From positions 1,984,001 through 2,048,000 of the forward strand of contig OX597834.1 of assembly GCA_951406725.2 (NCBI GenBank): a stretch of DNA of 64,000 nt, written 5' to 3'. The first letter of the stretch is position 1, and each line of letters begins with the position of its first letter. This document shows, piece by piece, positions 51,751 to 64,000 of this stretch. The position numbers were made by a program, and so were the translations under genes. Under the pieces are notes generated by a model. The model ran no database searches and was not told where the DNA came from. It saw only the letters and a list, made by a program, of their open reading frames with translations. This DNA is from Octopus vulgaris (lineage: Eukaryota).

Positions 51751-54700
51751 AGAAAAAGAAGGTAGGATTTGGATAAAAGCTATTTAGTGTTTTCATCCTT
51801 CTCAGGGATTCATTATGAATGATTTCTTGTAGAAAATTCAGCCCTTTTATAGATGTGTGTTAGTTGAAAAAAAAAAATCTGCAGTTGAATTTGTTTTTTT
51901 AGATTTTGGAAAGAGGATGAGTCGAGAGTGATTATTTGAGATGTTTTTTCTCATTTTCAGCCTCTGTGTGTGTGGTGAATATATACATACACGCACACAT
52001 GATAACTCTGTATGTGTATGTACAACTCATTAATATATTCAAGCCCATACACACACGTATTATGTTGGCATGCAGCTTTGCAGCTGTCTCGAGTTAGATT
52101 TGCTGTCCAATACAGTTCCGCTCCATTGTCTTCAATAATAAGAAATATTGAAGGGAGAAACCTTAAGTTAAAATCTTCAAACTAATTCTAAGGATAACCA
52201 CAAGGAACTCTCTGTGCTGTTGCTAGAAATAGCAGCCAGTGGTCTTGTGTAAGGACCCTGCTATGTTAAAGATAAAGACATACTGTTGTTGTTGGCTTAG
52301 TTTTGCATTTGAATAAAGGATAGGATGGTCATTGCTGGAATGTCTTTGATCAAATGACTGCTGGACCAGGAGTGACTTGGGGCTAAAGAACAAAACCACT
52401 AACGTATGCTGGAAATTGTTCTTAGCCAAATGTTCAATATCAGCTTCCTTTATTACCAATCACTGCCTGCACCTCACACACACACACACACACACACACG
52501 CACAGACACACCACCTTCCCCTCCCCCCACCATTGGCTGTGTTCTCGTAACTGTGTCAGGCTCCGGCTGCTCACTCCTCTTCCAGTATGTTCTCTGCTGC
52601 TCCTGTTGTGCTTCTCTGTTAATACTTCACTGCAGTGTCTGTCTTTGAAATGTCAGGATTGTGTATCACCCTTTTACACCACCACGTCTAGCACTTCCCT
52701 AGCCCCACGCCACCTCTCCACTGCATCACCACTCTACTGCATCCACTACAGCACTCAGCCATTCTAACATCATTTTGGCATCCAGGTTTTCCCATGTCTG
52801 CATCATTGGATTGGGAGGCTTTTCTCTCCTCCTCCTCCTCCTCCTCCTCCTCCTCCTCCTCCTCCTTGTAAAGCCACATATTCACCACCCCCACCACCAC
52901 CACCCTCATCTCTTTCATGTGGTTCACCTTCCTCCTAAGCTCAGCTCTCACCTGTTGATTAAAGGATCGCTTTATATGGAGGGGGGTGGGCAGACTGTAT
53001 TGAGTACTTTTATGGTTGTGTTGCAATCTTTTATTTGTGTATGTGGTTGTGTGTTAAGAAGTTTACTTCCCAACCACATGGTTCTGGGTTCAGTCCCACT
53101 GTGTGGCACCTACAACACCCTTAGGCTAACGAAAGCCTTCTGAGTAGATTTGGTTGATGGAAACTGTACGAAGCCTGTCGTGTGTGTGTGTGTATTTATT
53201 TGTGTCTCTTTGTCCCCGACCACTGCTTGACAACCATTGTTGGTGTGTTTACATCCCTGTAACTTAGCAGTTTGGCAAAAGACACCAATAGAATAAGTAC
53301 TAGGCTTACAAAGAATGTCCTGGAGTCAATTTGCTCAACTAAAGGCAGTACTCCAGCATGGCCACAGTGAAAAATGACTGAAACAAAAAAAAAAGAATAA
53401 AAGTATGTATATATATATTGGTGTATTGTTTCTGTTTGTAGTTTTCCATCTCATTTGTTGCTGTTTTTGTTTGTCCGTCATCTCAGAGATCTTTCTTCTG
53501 CCAGAATGAGAGACAATTGGGGGCAGCTGACTGGACACTGGATCTGTTTTTGGTGACAGTACTTTTTGGCACTGGGGGGTACAGAAATATGCACAAAAAG
53601 GGGAGAGAGAGAGAGAAGCATTAGAACAAGGAAAACAGTGAAATGTCTGGTGTCAGATCAGTGAGAGGAAGAAGCTGGAACCAAAATGTCTGCTGAGGAT
53701 AAGTCTACCATGTTCGTTTCTCTTTTTTCCATTAATCACTTTCATGTTCCATTTTGATTTTTCATCACAAACCTACACCATCATCATCATCATCATTTAA
53801 TGTCCCTTTTTCTATTCTGTCTTGGGTTGGATGGTTTGACATGAACCAATAAGCTGGAAGGTTGTGCCAAGCTCCAGTGTCTGCTTCGGCATGCATTTTA
53901 CAGCTGGATGCCTTTCCTAACACATACAATGTCTACAGAGTGGGTTGGGTGCTCCAAGGATACTATTAATTACTGAATTAACCATTGTTTGGTACTAGGC
54001 AAAGTGAATATACAAGTGAGAATATATATTTTTGTGTAGCAAAAAAAAAAAGAAGAAAAAAATGGTAATGCAAGGGAAACAACTCATTGAAATGAAGTGC
54101 TTTTAAAATGATAGTAAAAAGTTGCCATACTAACCCAGTTGTTGGTGTTCATAGTTGCTTCAATCGATCATCTGGTGATGCATAATTATGAAGTAGAAAT
54201 TTTAAAGAATGTCTACAGTCAGTGAACATTTCAGAACATACATTCAGTCTGTTGTCATTATGAAATAATATCAATAGTTTCTCCTTTCTGTCCTTAAGAT
54301 TTGCTGTGACTGAAGTTCAATCATTGGGGTTTACATATCACACATTGTGTTTCTTTGCTAAACCATACATTGGCCAATGGAGACTTTTCCTGGATGGCTA
54401 ACCTATATCATCTCCATCATCGTTTAATGTCCATCTTCCATGCTTGCATGGGTAGGGCAGTTGACAGCCAGCCAGGTAGAAAAACTACCTTAGGCTACTG
54501 TGTCTGTTTTGGCAAGGATTTTATGGCTGGGTGCCCTTCCTAACACCAACCACTCCGCAGAGTGGACTCAGTGCTTTTTATGTGGCATTCTGAACTGTCC
54601 ATAGCAGTGTATCACTAATGAGTTGTTGTCTCGCTCTCCACTAATGTTCTGCAGACTATTTTTGACAATTGTCCAAAATTGACAGCCAGGAATTCCTAGT

Positions 54701-54942
54701 AAGCATTTACAGAGTTTAAGCTTCCAGGAAACAGGATGGAGGGGGGTAGACTGGAAGCTGTTAACTGAAATAACTAGGTTAGGACATAATAAAGCGCTCA
54801 TGGTAAGTTTATGCAGAGTTTAGATAAGAATGTTTGAATGAGTGTGTATACATCTGTAGTACGTATAGACAGTGTGTATATATATATATGTGTGTGTGTC
54901 TTCTGTATTAAATAGAGAAATGGTGATGAGTGATAATTTTGT

Positions 54943-55353
54943 AAATGATAATAATAATAATAAGCTTAAGGCTTATAAACGTTTACCATGTATTGACTAA
55001 AGGAAATAGTCTAATATTGGGGCATATAAACCCTCAATGGAAAAAAGAGGGTGTCAGTACACATGGGCCTCGAACCCACACCTCTTATATTTGCAATAAG
55101 TGTGCTGACCATTACACCAACACTATGAAATTATAGCTCTTAAATCTAATGGAAAGAAGTGAGTGGGTAAGATAGTGTAATAGTTAGCACATTTATTGCA
55201 AATATAAGAGGTGTGGGTTCAAGTACCTTGCATATTAACACCCACTTTTTTTTCTTCCATTGAGAACTTACATTCGCCAAAATAAGACTATTTTCTTTAA
55301 CCAATACTCGATGATCACTCATAAGCTTTAATATTGTAATTATTGTTATCATT
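54943..55353. repeat. Inverted pair of tRNA-like elements, about 175 bp arms and 57 nt spacer
   Basis: GAACCCACACCTCTTATATTTGCAATAAGTGTGCTGACCATTACAC versus GTGTAATAGTTAGCACATTTATTGCAAATATAAGAGGTGTGGGTTC. Confidence 0.85.
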
Positions 55354-56462
55354 CACATATATTATGTTGCTACAAAGCGAGAAACCTCAATACAGTAAAT
55401 GATAATTATAAGGCACTTGTGCAGTCATGCATAAAAAGCAACCATGCTGGTGCTATGTAAAAAGCACCCAGCAGACACTCTGTAAAGTGGTTGGCATTGG
55501 GAAGGGCATCCAGCCATAGAATCCAAGCCAAAACAAACACCCGGAGCCTGGTGCAACTTTGTGGCATACCAGCTTCTGTCATACCAGCATGGAAAACAGA
55601 CTTCAAATGACCAAGATGATGATCTAAATATCTTGGACTAAAAATGTTTTCATCTTTAGGGAGAACCATTAGTGAGTAACAAATGGGGACAAGAGTTTTA
55701 AAGAACAAAGAAATTGTTTGATAGTCAAGATTTTCAGATTTTAGAGGAGAGTCCATTTCACAAACATCACTGGTTGTTGACGATTTTTTATATATATATA
55801 CATGGTTATCGATTTGTGTTACAAGATTCCTGATGTGAAATTGCATGTTGAAACCAATATTGTTGTATTTCAGGTCGGACCCTTTTTTTTTTTTTTTTTT
55901 TTTTTTTTCAGAAAAAAATGACCGTCTTTAAAGAGATGGCCAGATAACCAAAGAGATGGTGTTGTGGATTTCCACTTCGGCGTCTGAAACTCAGAGTTTT
56001 ATCTTGACTATTGAATAATTGTAACATATTATTTTATAGATGAATTTCCTCTATTTACATAATATTGAGGTCTCTGTCTTTCTTTCTTTTGTTATCTTAT
56101 CGTTTTTACCAATATATATTTATATATATATATAATATGGTTAAGGTGCATAGCTCAGTGGGTCGTGTCAGGCTCACAACTATAATCATAAGGTATTGAG
56201 TTCAATTCCTGGACTGGGCTGTGTGTTGTTCTTGAGCAAGACACTTCATTTCATATTACTCCAGTTTACTGTAGCAAGGAGTTGGGATGTCACTGGTGCC
56301 AAGCTATATCAGCCTTTCCCTTAGACAACAATGTTGGTGCAGAGAGGGGTGGCTGGTATGCATGGTCAACTGCTGGTCTTCCATAAACAACTTTGCTCAG
56401 ACTTGTGCCTAACTTTCTAGGTGCAGTCCCATGGTCATTCATGACCAAAGGGGGTCTTTACC

Positions 56463-56499
<37 letters not shown>

Positions 56500-56515
<16 letters not shown>

Positions 56516-56768
56516 ATATTAGGGAATAAATCCAAATTTACAGGGAAAAATCAGATTTAGGATTGAATCCAATTTTATAGTAAAATATTATATAATATTA
56601 ATTAGAGACAAAACCACTATTATGCAAATCAAACAAAGAAAGACTTAATCCAATACATAAAAAATTTTATATAAATTAAATTAAATTAAATTCGCCACTA
56701 CAATTGTTTCGTGTCTCTTCTAAGGACATTCATCAGGTGGTTTTCAGATCTTCTATTCAATTTTAAGT
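56500..56768 (-). mobile_element. AT-rich hammerhead-bearing cassette in a (TA)n tract
   Basis: Flanked by (TA)n at about 56467-56500 and 56769-56790; contains the hammerhead at 56695-56740. Confidence 0.6.
56695..56740 (-). ncRNA. Minimal type I hammerhead ribozyme (A.C mismatch at base of stem II)
   Basis: Minus strand CCAC-CTGATGA-ATGTC cttagaaga GACAC-GAA-ACAATTGT-A-GTGG; palindromic stem III, GUA site. Confidence 0.8.
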
Positions 56769-56878
56769 TATATATATATATATATATATAGGCTTGTTTC
56801 TATGTTCTTGACAACAAAGGCCTGGGGCGTTTGAGATTTGAGTTACATTGAGAAAGAAACATTAAAATATGTTGATGG

Positions 56879-56917
<39 letters not shown>

Positions 56918-58486
56918 AAAGAAGTTGTCAGCAAGAAACCTGGACATTGAGCGGTCAGGTTTTTTACAGTTTCTACAGGGTAGGTGTGAGAGGCCAGTTC
57001 TAGCCAGTTTGAACATAAAACGGAGAGTATTTGGGTTGGATCTGGCCAGTTTTTAAATGCAAAATCCTGAAGGATATTGCTTACCTGCTTAACTCTAAAA
57101 AACATTTGTATTTCCTTATCCTTCTACTCAGCTCTTTAGATTATTTGAGCTTTCCAACCCTTCTACTGGGCTTTATAGAAGATTTGAACTTACCATTCTC
57201 CCCAGCTCTGCAGGAGATTTAAACCTCCTCCTCCTCTTCCACTCGGCTTTATGATATATCATACACATCTATTCCTATCCAACTCTTGGAACTTTAGTTC
57301 CCTTCTGTGCCCTATATTGTTGCACCCTTACCATTATGACCCACCCCCACCCTATTCTATACAGCAGCCTTCGTTTCTCTCCAGCATGCAGCTCATTATC
57401 AGTGCGTGTCTGAACTGGGTCAGCCTGCACCCTAACCCTAACCCCTGTTTCATTCCATCCCAGATTGACAGCATCATTAATCCTAAAAAACTGGATGTTT
57501 ATAAGTGAAAACAGCAAATGGGATTGTTTCTTGTGGATGTCAAAATAATGAGGAGGAGATTTGCCAAAAAAAGAGAGAGAGAGAGAAAAACCCCCCACCA
57601 ACAGCCATCAATGATGTATCTCAGCTAGAAACCGAGCCAGACTCTGCATCCAGTTGGTTTCTCTGGCTGCCAATAACGATGTTTGCAACAAAATATTGAT
57701 TCTTTCACACACATACAACCATTTCTTCTTTTCTCTCCCTCTCTCTCTCTCATAAACTAGCTGACTGGGTTATATAGTACTAGATTGACTTACAGATGGA
57801 TGCTGATGGGATATCTTAACTACATTTGGAAGGCCATGAACATCACAACATTACACCCAAATGGATTCTTTCCTAGATAGCTTTAGGACTAACTACCTTT
57901 CATTGTTACCTGTTTATTATTGTTGTTGAGCCTAAGTCAACACTGGTCCATTAAAGCTGTGATGATGTGCATTCCAGCCATGACTGTCCCTCCTTTTTTT
58001 TCTGATGGCATGTATCTGTAACTAGATTTATCTAATGGGTCTATTTGAAAACAATATGTGTCAATAAGATTCGGCTGTTATTTTGAGCAGGTTGCACAAC
58101 CACCATGTATAACCACCATCGTTGGCTGCTGTTTCTAGCAAGTTGACCAACTCTCTAGAGGTACTGTTTCTTTTGTTGTGTCTAATTAATACAAGAAGTA
58201 ACTGCTTTTATCAGATGAGGTGCAGTGTGAGTGGGGGGGGGATACATTACAAGGACAGTTTACAACATGTTGGAAGAAAGGGGTGGGGGTTATATACTAA
58301 GATGAGGGAGAAGGAATGGAAAAGATGATAAAATGAGTTAAAAAGTATGCAGAGTGTGTGGTCTAATACAGGGGAACCTTCAACTAGGGCCAAAGAGCAC
58401 ATGATCTAGGATCATCCCGGTCACTTTTGGGGATAATGATAATGTAGTTAACGATGGCAATTGTTGTTTCTCTCCTTAAATTGTAA

Positions 58487-58762
<276 letters not shown>

Positions 58763-60175
58763 TAGGGCCTGTCAAATTACGTTTCAAACCTCTGCTGATG
58801 AAAGGCAAATATTCGTTACTTCATCAGCTACAGAATGCTTAATTAGCACAGTGACAGTATTTAGTAACCACACAACTATCCCTTCACCCATTTATTTGGT
58901 GACCAATTAATCTATTTGCACAATTGTCACTGCCCCAGTGGTGTGTCGTCTATCATCACATTCAACTAATTCCATTATCTTTCTCATCTCATAGGTTTGT
59001 GTTTTTAGGACAGATGTGACTGGACATTACAGTAAAGACCATCTCAGTGGTCCTCAATTGGGGTCCATATGGCCCTTGGCCAAGGCCCATATATATTGGT
59101 TATACTTCGATAATGCACCAAATATTTTAACAATTCTTTTTATACAACTAATAATTTTCAATTATAAAAATATAGCAGGATTTTTTTCAACATTGAATGG
59201 TTTCGAGGGTCCAGTTGAGTAAAACAGGAATCAGAGGGATTCATAGGTGGATAAGGGTTCAGAACAGCTCATCTATAACCACCATCTGTTTTTTTAAGGC
59301 CCTAAATTAAGGTTTATCAGCCTATTATGATGGTTCTCTTGGTAAATCATTTTTTCTTTTTTGTAACCCTTTACAAAGGAACTAATTTTTTCTGCTCCCT
59401 GAACAATAAACCAGCCTCTAACTCCCTTCTTTGACTCAGTTTAGTACAGCTGAAGGGTATCGACATTAATGTTGTCATAAAATGAATTGCAATGTCTCAA
59501 TATTCACCTCTTGTGATGTAAATAAATATTGAGAAATAGAATTGAAAGGGACTTGAGGAAGATAGAACAAAAACAAGTTACCCACAGACAGAGGAACAAA
59601 GGTGACAGTAGGTTGCTGGCTTCTGGAGCAAGCCCTTAGTTCTTCCCTATTGATAACTTTGGGGAGAGATTAAAGCAGGTGATGGGGTTTGTTGTTGCTC
59701 TTTCTTTTCTGCTTAGAACCAGGCCCAGGGTGTGGTAAAAAGATGTTGTTTAACCCTTGGGTTATTGCAGTTTGTTGGTGTTGCCATTTCTGTGCCCTTC
59801 TCTGCTGCATCTCTTATCTCTGTGTGAATGTACATGCGTGTGGGCGCACGCGCACACACACACACACACACACACACATGTGTATAACTTGTCCTTTTAT
59901 GCCTGCTTTAATGCTGGTATGGGTTGGACTGGTTGTTATTCAAGTTAGTCTCAGTTGGTTCCTATTCAAGGTTAGACTTTCCTACAGGAGCCAAGGGAAC
60001 TATGTCATACTTAAGCATTCCAGTGTGTGTGTGTGTGTGTGTGTGAGTAGACACACAAAAGTATATACGCTCAAACATTCAGATAAAACAGTAAACACCA
60101 CGTAAAATATATATGCACGCAAACACACCACTCTATATCTACATATAAAACTACACACAACAGAATTATGAATAA

Positions 60176-60206
<31 letters not shown>

Positions 60207-60328
60207 GTCTAGTTCACCAGATAAAATATTTACCTTCTCCTCTTCCAATTTTGTGATGTATATTTTTAACCATTTTATTTTCCTTGTATATTTATGTTCA
60301 AAATGAATTCTTTTCTTTCTCCCTGCAG

Positions 60329-60374
60329 TTATGGCAGACTGCCCACATACCATTGGTGTGGAGTTTGGTACAAG
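60329..60374 (+). CDS. RAB14: Rab14 coding exon 2 (46 nt)
   Basis: Polypyrimidine tract + CTGCAG acceptor; (F)MADCPHTIGVEFGT(R) switch I; donor GTAACC; phase joins exon 1 and exon 3. Confidence 0.97.
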
Positions 60375-60443
60375 GTAACCTACTACTACTACTACTACCT
60401 TTTGTTTGTTTTACACTTTTTCAGTGAACAACTGTTGTGGATG

Positions 60444-60483
<40 letters not shown>

Positions 60484-60783
60484 CAAAATGCTTATGCTAA
60501 TGTATTAGTACAGACTGGTTTGTAAGACGTTTGTTTTTTACACACACACACACCTGCACATTGTATATAGAATAATGTGTGTGTGTGTGTGTGTAAAATA
60601 GTGCCTCAGTAATATATTTGTTTGACCCATGCTAGAATGGAAAAAAAAGAAGCAAATGCGCACACACACACGTTTATGGATGGGACTTAGACCCCCCCCC
60701 AACTCACACTTGTTAGAAGTGTTGTTGTTAGGTGAGCGATTTCAATACAGTTGATTGTTCAGTGCCACAAAACCATTGAAGCG

Positions 60784-60819
<36 letters not shown>

Positions 60820-62154
60820 GTTTTAGCTGTAAAGAACCGAACCAGTTGTGCATTACTTTACATAGGATGTGTTGGTGGGTGGGAGGGTGGGTGTATTTGA
60901 TGGATCAATATACCTGATTGGACATCCAACAGTAGAGACATTCGTGTGTGTGTGTGTGTGTTGATGTATGACTGTCTGTATTTGATTTATCAATATATCT
61001 GATTGGACATCCTAGAGACATCTTCTCCTATCTGTTGACCATTACACAAACACACACACACACAACAGTTTTGCTGCATCTATGGCTTGTACAGTTGATA
61101 GATCAATATATCAGAATGGACATAGAACAGTGAGGGAGGGAGGATTGTGTTAATGTATATATGTGGTTGTATTGGGAAGCTCGGAGCATTTGAAAGGACG
61201 TCCGTGACTCACCTTCTCACATCTATGGATCAGGCTCATCCATCTGAAACAGATTCACTTCAAGTCATTGAAGGGTAGGAGGAAGGAAGGAAGGGGTCTA
61301 AGACGATGCTTGGCCAGAGGGGTTACAACTGGGTGCCCAGGGTGTTAAACCAGGGTATAGATTTAGGCTGCAACCCAACAACAGGGTCTTAGACTCCTTC
61401 TACCTTATTCTATTGACACAGTTACTGTAGAAGACATTCAACCAAAGTGCTGTGCACTGGAATTGAACCTGAAACCATGTAATTTATATTTTGAGATGCT
61501 CTTTTTTATAGATGTGGAGTTACCTCCCTTGTTAACAGTACATGAGAGAAACTGGGTGGGGTGGGGGTATAAATGGTGACCTCTTAAAATACCTGCGGAG
61601 GAGACTCTGCTGCAGGGGTACAACACAACTCAAACATTGATACACGATGTTCATTGGGGTGTCTCTTCTTCTGCAGATGATGCTACCCGAATAGCAGTCT
61701 TTGACACGAATCTGTTCCTTAAACTTATTAACCACACAGCCTGCCCTCGTTTCAGGGAATAAAAGGGGTTCAGAAGTGAGAAGAAGATCTGCTTTGTGTC
61801 CCTGTAGCCCCTGCCTGCCTTCTAAACCCATCAGGGCTTTCTCTCTCCCATGCGGTTTCTGGTTCAGTCCCATTGCATGGTACCTTGGCCAAGTTTTTCA
61901 ACTGAAGCTTTGTCATTGCAATCGGGTCGACTAAACCTGTTCGATTTTTGGGTGACTTTATCGATGGTTTATTCTGGTCTGGGGATCACTTCCTCCTTCC
62001 CTCCACTCTCAGATCACCTGAAAAGCTCAGGACCCTCTCCTTCGGCCTTTTACTGAATTATACACCCATGTACATACTTACACACAGCACCACACACACA
62101 CCTCCTCCTGCAATCATTCTATCCCTCCCTTTTTATTTGTATTTAAATTTTTAA

Positions 62155-62298
<144 letters not shown>

Positions 62299-63278
62299 TA
62301 AGTCTTGAGCAAGTCTCTCTCTATTCCTATCTCCATGTACTGCATGAAATCTTCTCAAACAATTAAAGAGTGACTTTTATAAATGTCTGGACAGAGAAAC
62401 CTCAGTAAATTGGCCCCAGTCTATTACTGATGCTGACTAGATAGCAGAAGTGTAGAGGAATGAATAGACCCTAGTGTATAACTGGTACCAATTCAATCTC
62501 TAAATATCATTGTTTAACATCCGCTTTCCCTCGTAGCATGGGTTGGACGGTTTGAGATGAAGCTGGGAGCTGTCCAGGCCCCAATTGTTTGTTGTGGCAT
62601 GGTTTCTATTACCGATTGCCCTTCCTAATGCCCACCACTTCTTGACAGTGTGTGCTGGATGCTTCTCATGTGCCACCAGCATGGCTGCATCTGCACAGCA
62701 CCGGTGCAGCAGCACTGACACAGGTTAAATCTTGTTAGACACGCAGTCCTCTTCTCTCATTTATGACAGAGGATCACGACCAATCTGGGGCATCACCTTT
62801 TAAGGATGCTTTTGGTTATATTGATCCTGGTATTTATTTCATCTTCCTCAGAATGATGAAACACAAACTTGACTTGGGTCGGATAAACAATAATGCCGGC
62901 TCTGGAATTGGTGGTGGTGGTCATGGTGTTGCAGGGCAGGATACTTAGAGTTCTTTTTATTAACAGCTGATTGATGATTGATAAAAATTTAATGACAGAT
63001 GATTAATAAGATGTGATTGGTAAAAGAAGCTTAATGACAGATGATTGATAAAAGATAAAGATTAAAAAGTTAAATGATTGATAAATGATTTACTTTTATA
63101 GTATTGAAAAGAGCCTTTATCTAGAAAACAGATGATTGAAGACTCTTGAAATGAGTTGGGGGTGGGGCAAGGAATGGAAACTAATTCTGTGGAGTGGGCA
63201 TGGCTGGACACGTACTCGTGTCCCTCTCTGTCCTTCCGTCTGCAAATGTCCTAAAAATACTGAGGTGTTCTGTTGCAG

Positions 63279-63345
63279 GAGAAGTACATACAACCATTTA
63301 AGCAGTTGGTTAACGGATGCCAGGAATTTAACAAATCCTAATACG
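63279..63345 (+). CDS. RAB14: Rab14 coding exon 4 (67 nt); gene continues beyond the window
   Basis: TTGCAG acceptor; [22 protein letters not shown]; donor GTAAGT, phase 0. Confidence 0.97.
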
Positions 63346-64000
63346 GTAAGTGGTGCCAGTCTCTTTTAATTCTTTTACATCTCCACCATCACTGCAAGTT
63401 TTTGTGATTGATTGACCTATGAGAAATAGCAGCCAAATCTCCCTCAAACCACATTTTACTCTCTTATATAAAGGATGCTGTTGATAATTTTGTCCAGGTG
63501 TCTACTATTCTTAAGAGTCAAAGAAGTTTGGTCATGGTTGGAATGATCTTTGTCAATGTAGTTGCTGTATCAGAGTTGGCCTAGGGTTATATAGCACCAC
63601 CCCTTCTCCTGCCCCCCCCCCTCACTCTCTACTGCAATCTGTCTTCTTCTCTGGAAGCTGTCTGTTGTTGAATGTATGTTGAGCTGGGTGTATATAGTAT
63701 CATGTATGTATCTTAGACCTGTACTATGTAGTTGGTGTGGATAACCCCTAGTTAAACCTATGATCAAAGACACTCCAGCCAGGACCATCCTGTTTTAATA
63801 TAGCCATCTGCTTTTCGTCTGTCTTTATGCTCTGAGTTCAAATTCCGCCATGGTCGACTTTGCCTTTCATCCTTTCAGGGGTTTATAAATTAAGTACCAG
63901 TTGCATACTGGGGTCGATCTAATCGACTGCCCCCACCCTCAAATTTCAGGCCTTGTGCCTAAAGTACAAAAGAATATAGCCATTTGCAACTATGTCTTCT

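Noticed and set aside
55060-55128. Functional tRNA gene
   Set aside because: Acceptor stem does not pair and the anticodon loop is non-canonical; treated as a tRNA-derived repeat
57430-57445. Interstitial telomere repeat CCCTAA
   Set aside because: Only two units

Overview
AT-rich, microsatellite- and repeat-dense animal genomic DNA. The SINE, RTE and Penelope content and the (CA)n/(TA)n density suggest an octopus (inferred, not verified). The only confidently identified protein-coding gene is Rab14 on the + strand, with four coding exons at 58544-63345 continuing past the window end; it may have upstream non-coding exons. The rest is a patchwork of decayed RTE LINEs, two Penelope-like (GIY-YIG) remnants, R4/Dong-like RLE fragments, a mariner remnant, MITEs, non-autonomous Helitrons and several tRNA-derived SINE families. 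The most notable signal is a set of three unrelated short non-coding cassettes inserted in (TA)n tracts, each carrying a minimal type I hammerhead ribozyme with a palindromic stem III (32534-32576 +, with a compensatory U3-A8 core; 33850-33894 -; 56695-56740 -). Two of them sit at the tip of long rod-like folds, and one has the 1.2-mer direct-repeat layout expected of a retrozyme copied from a tandem or circular RNA. Two of the cassettes are nested inside a 5.4 kb Helitron. Several long inverted repeats (50182-50438, 54943-55353, 17711-17819) could form dsRNA upstream of the Rab14 coding exons.
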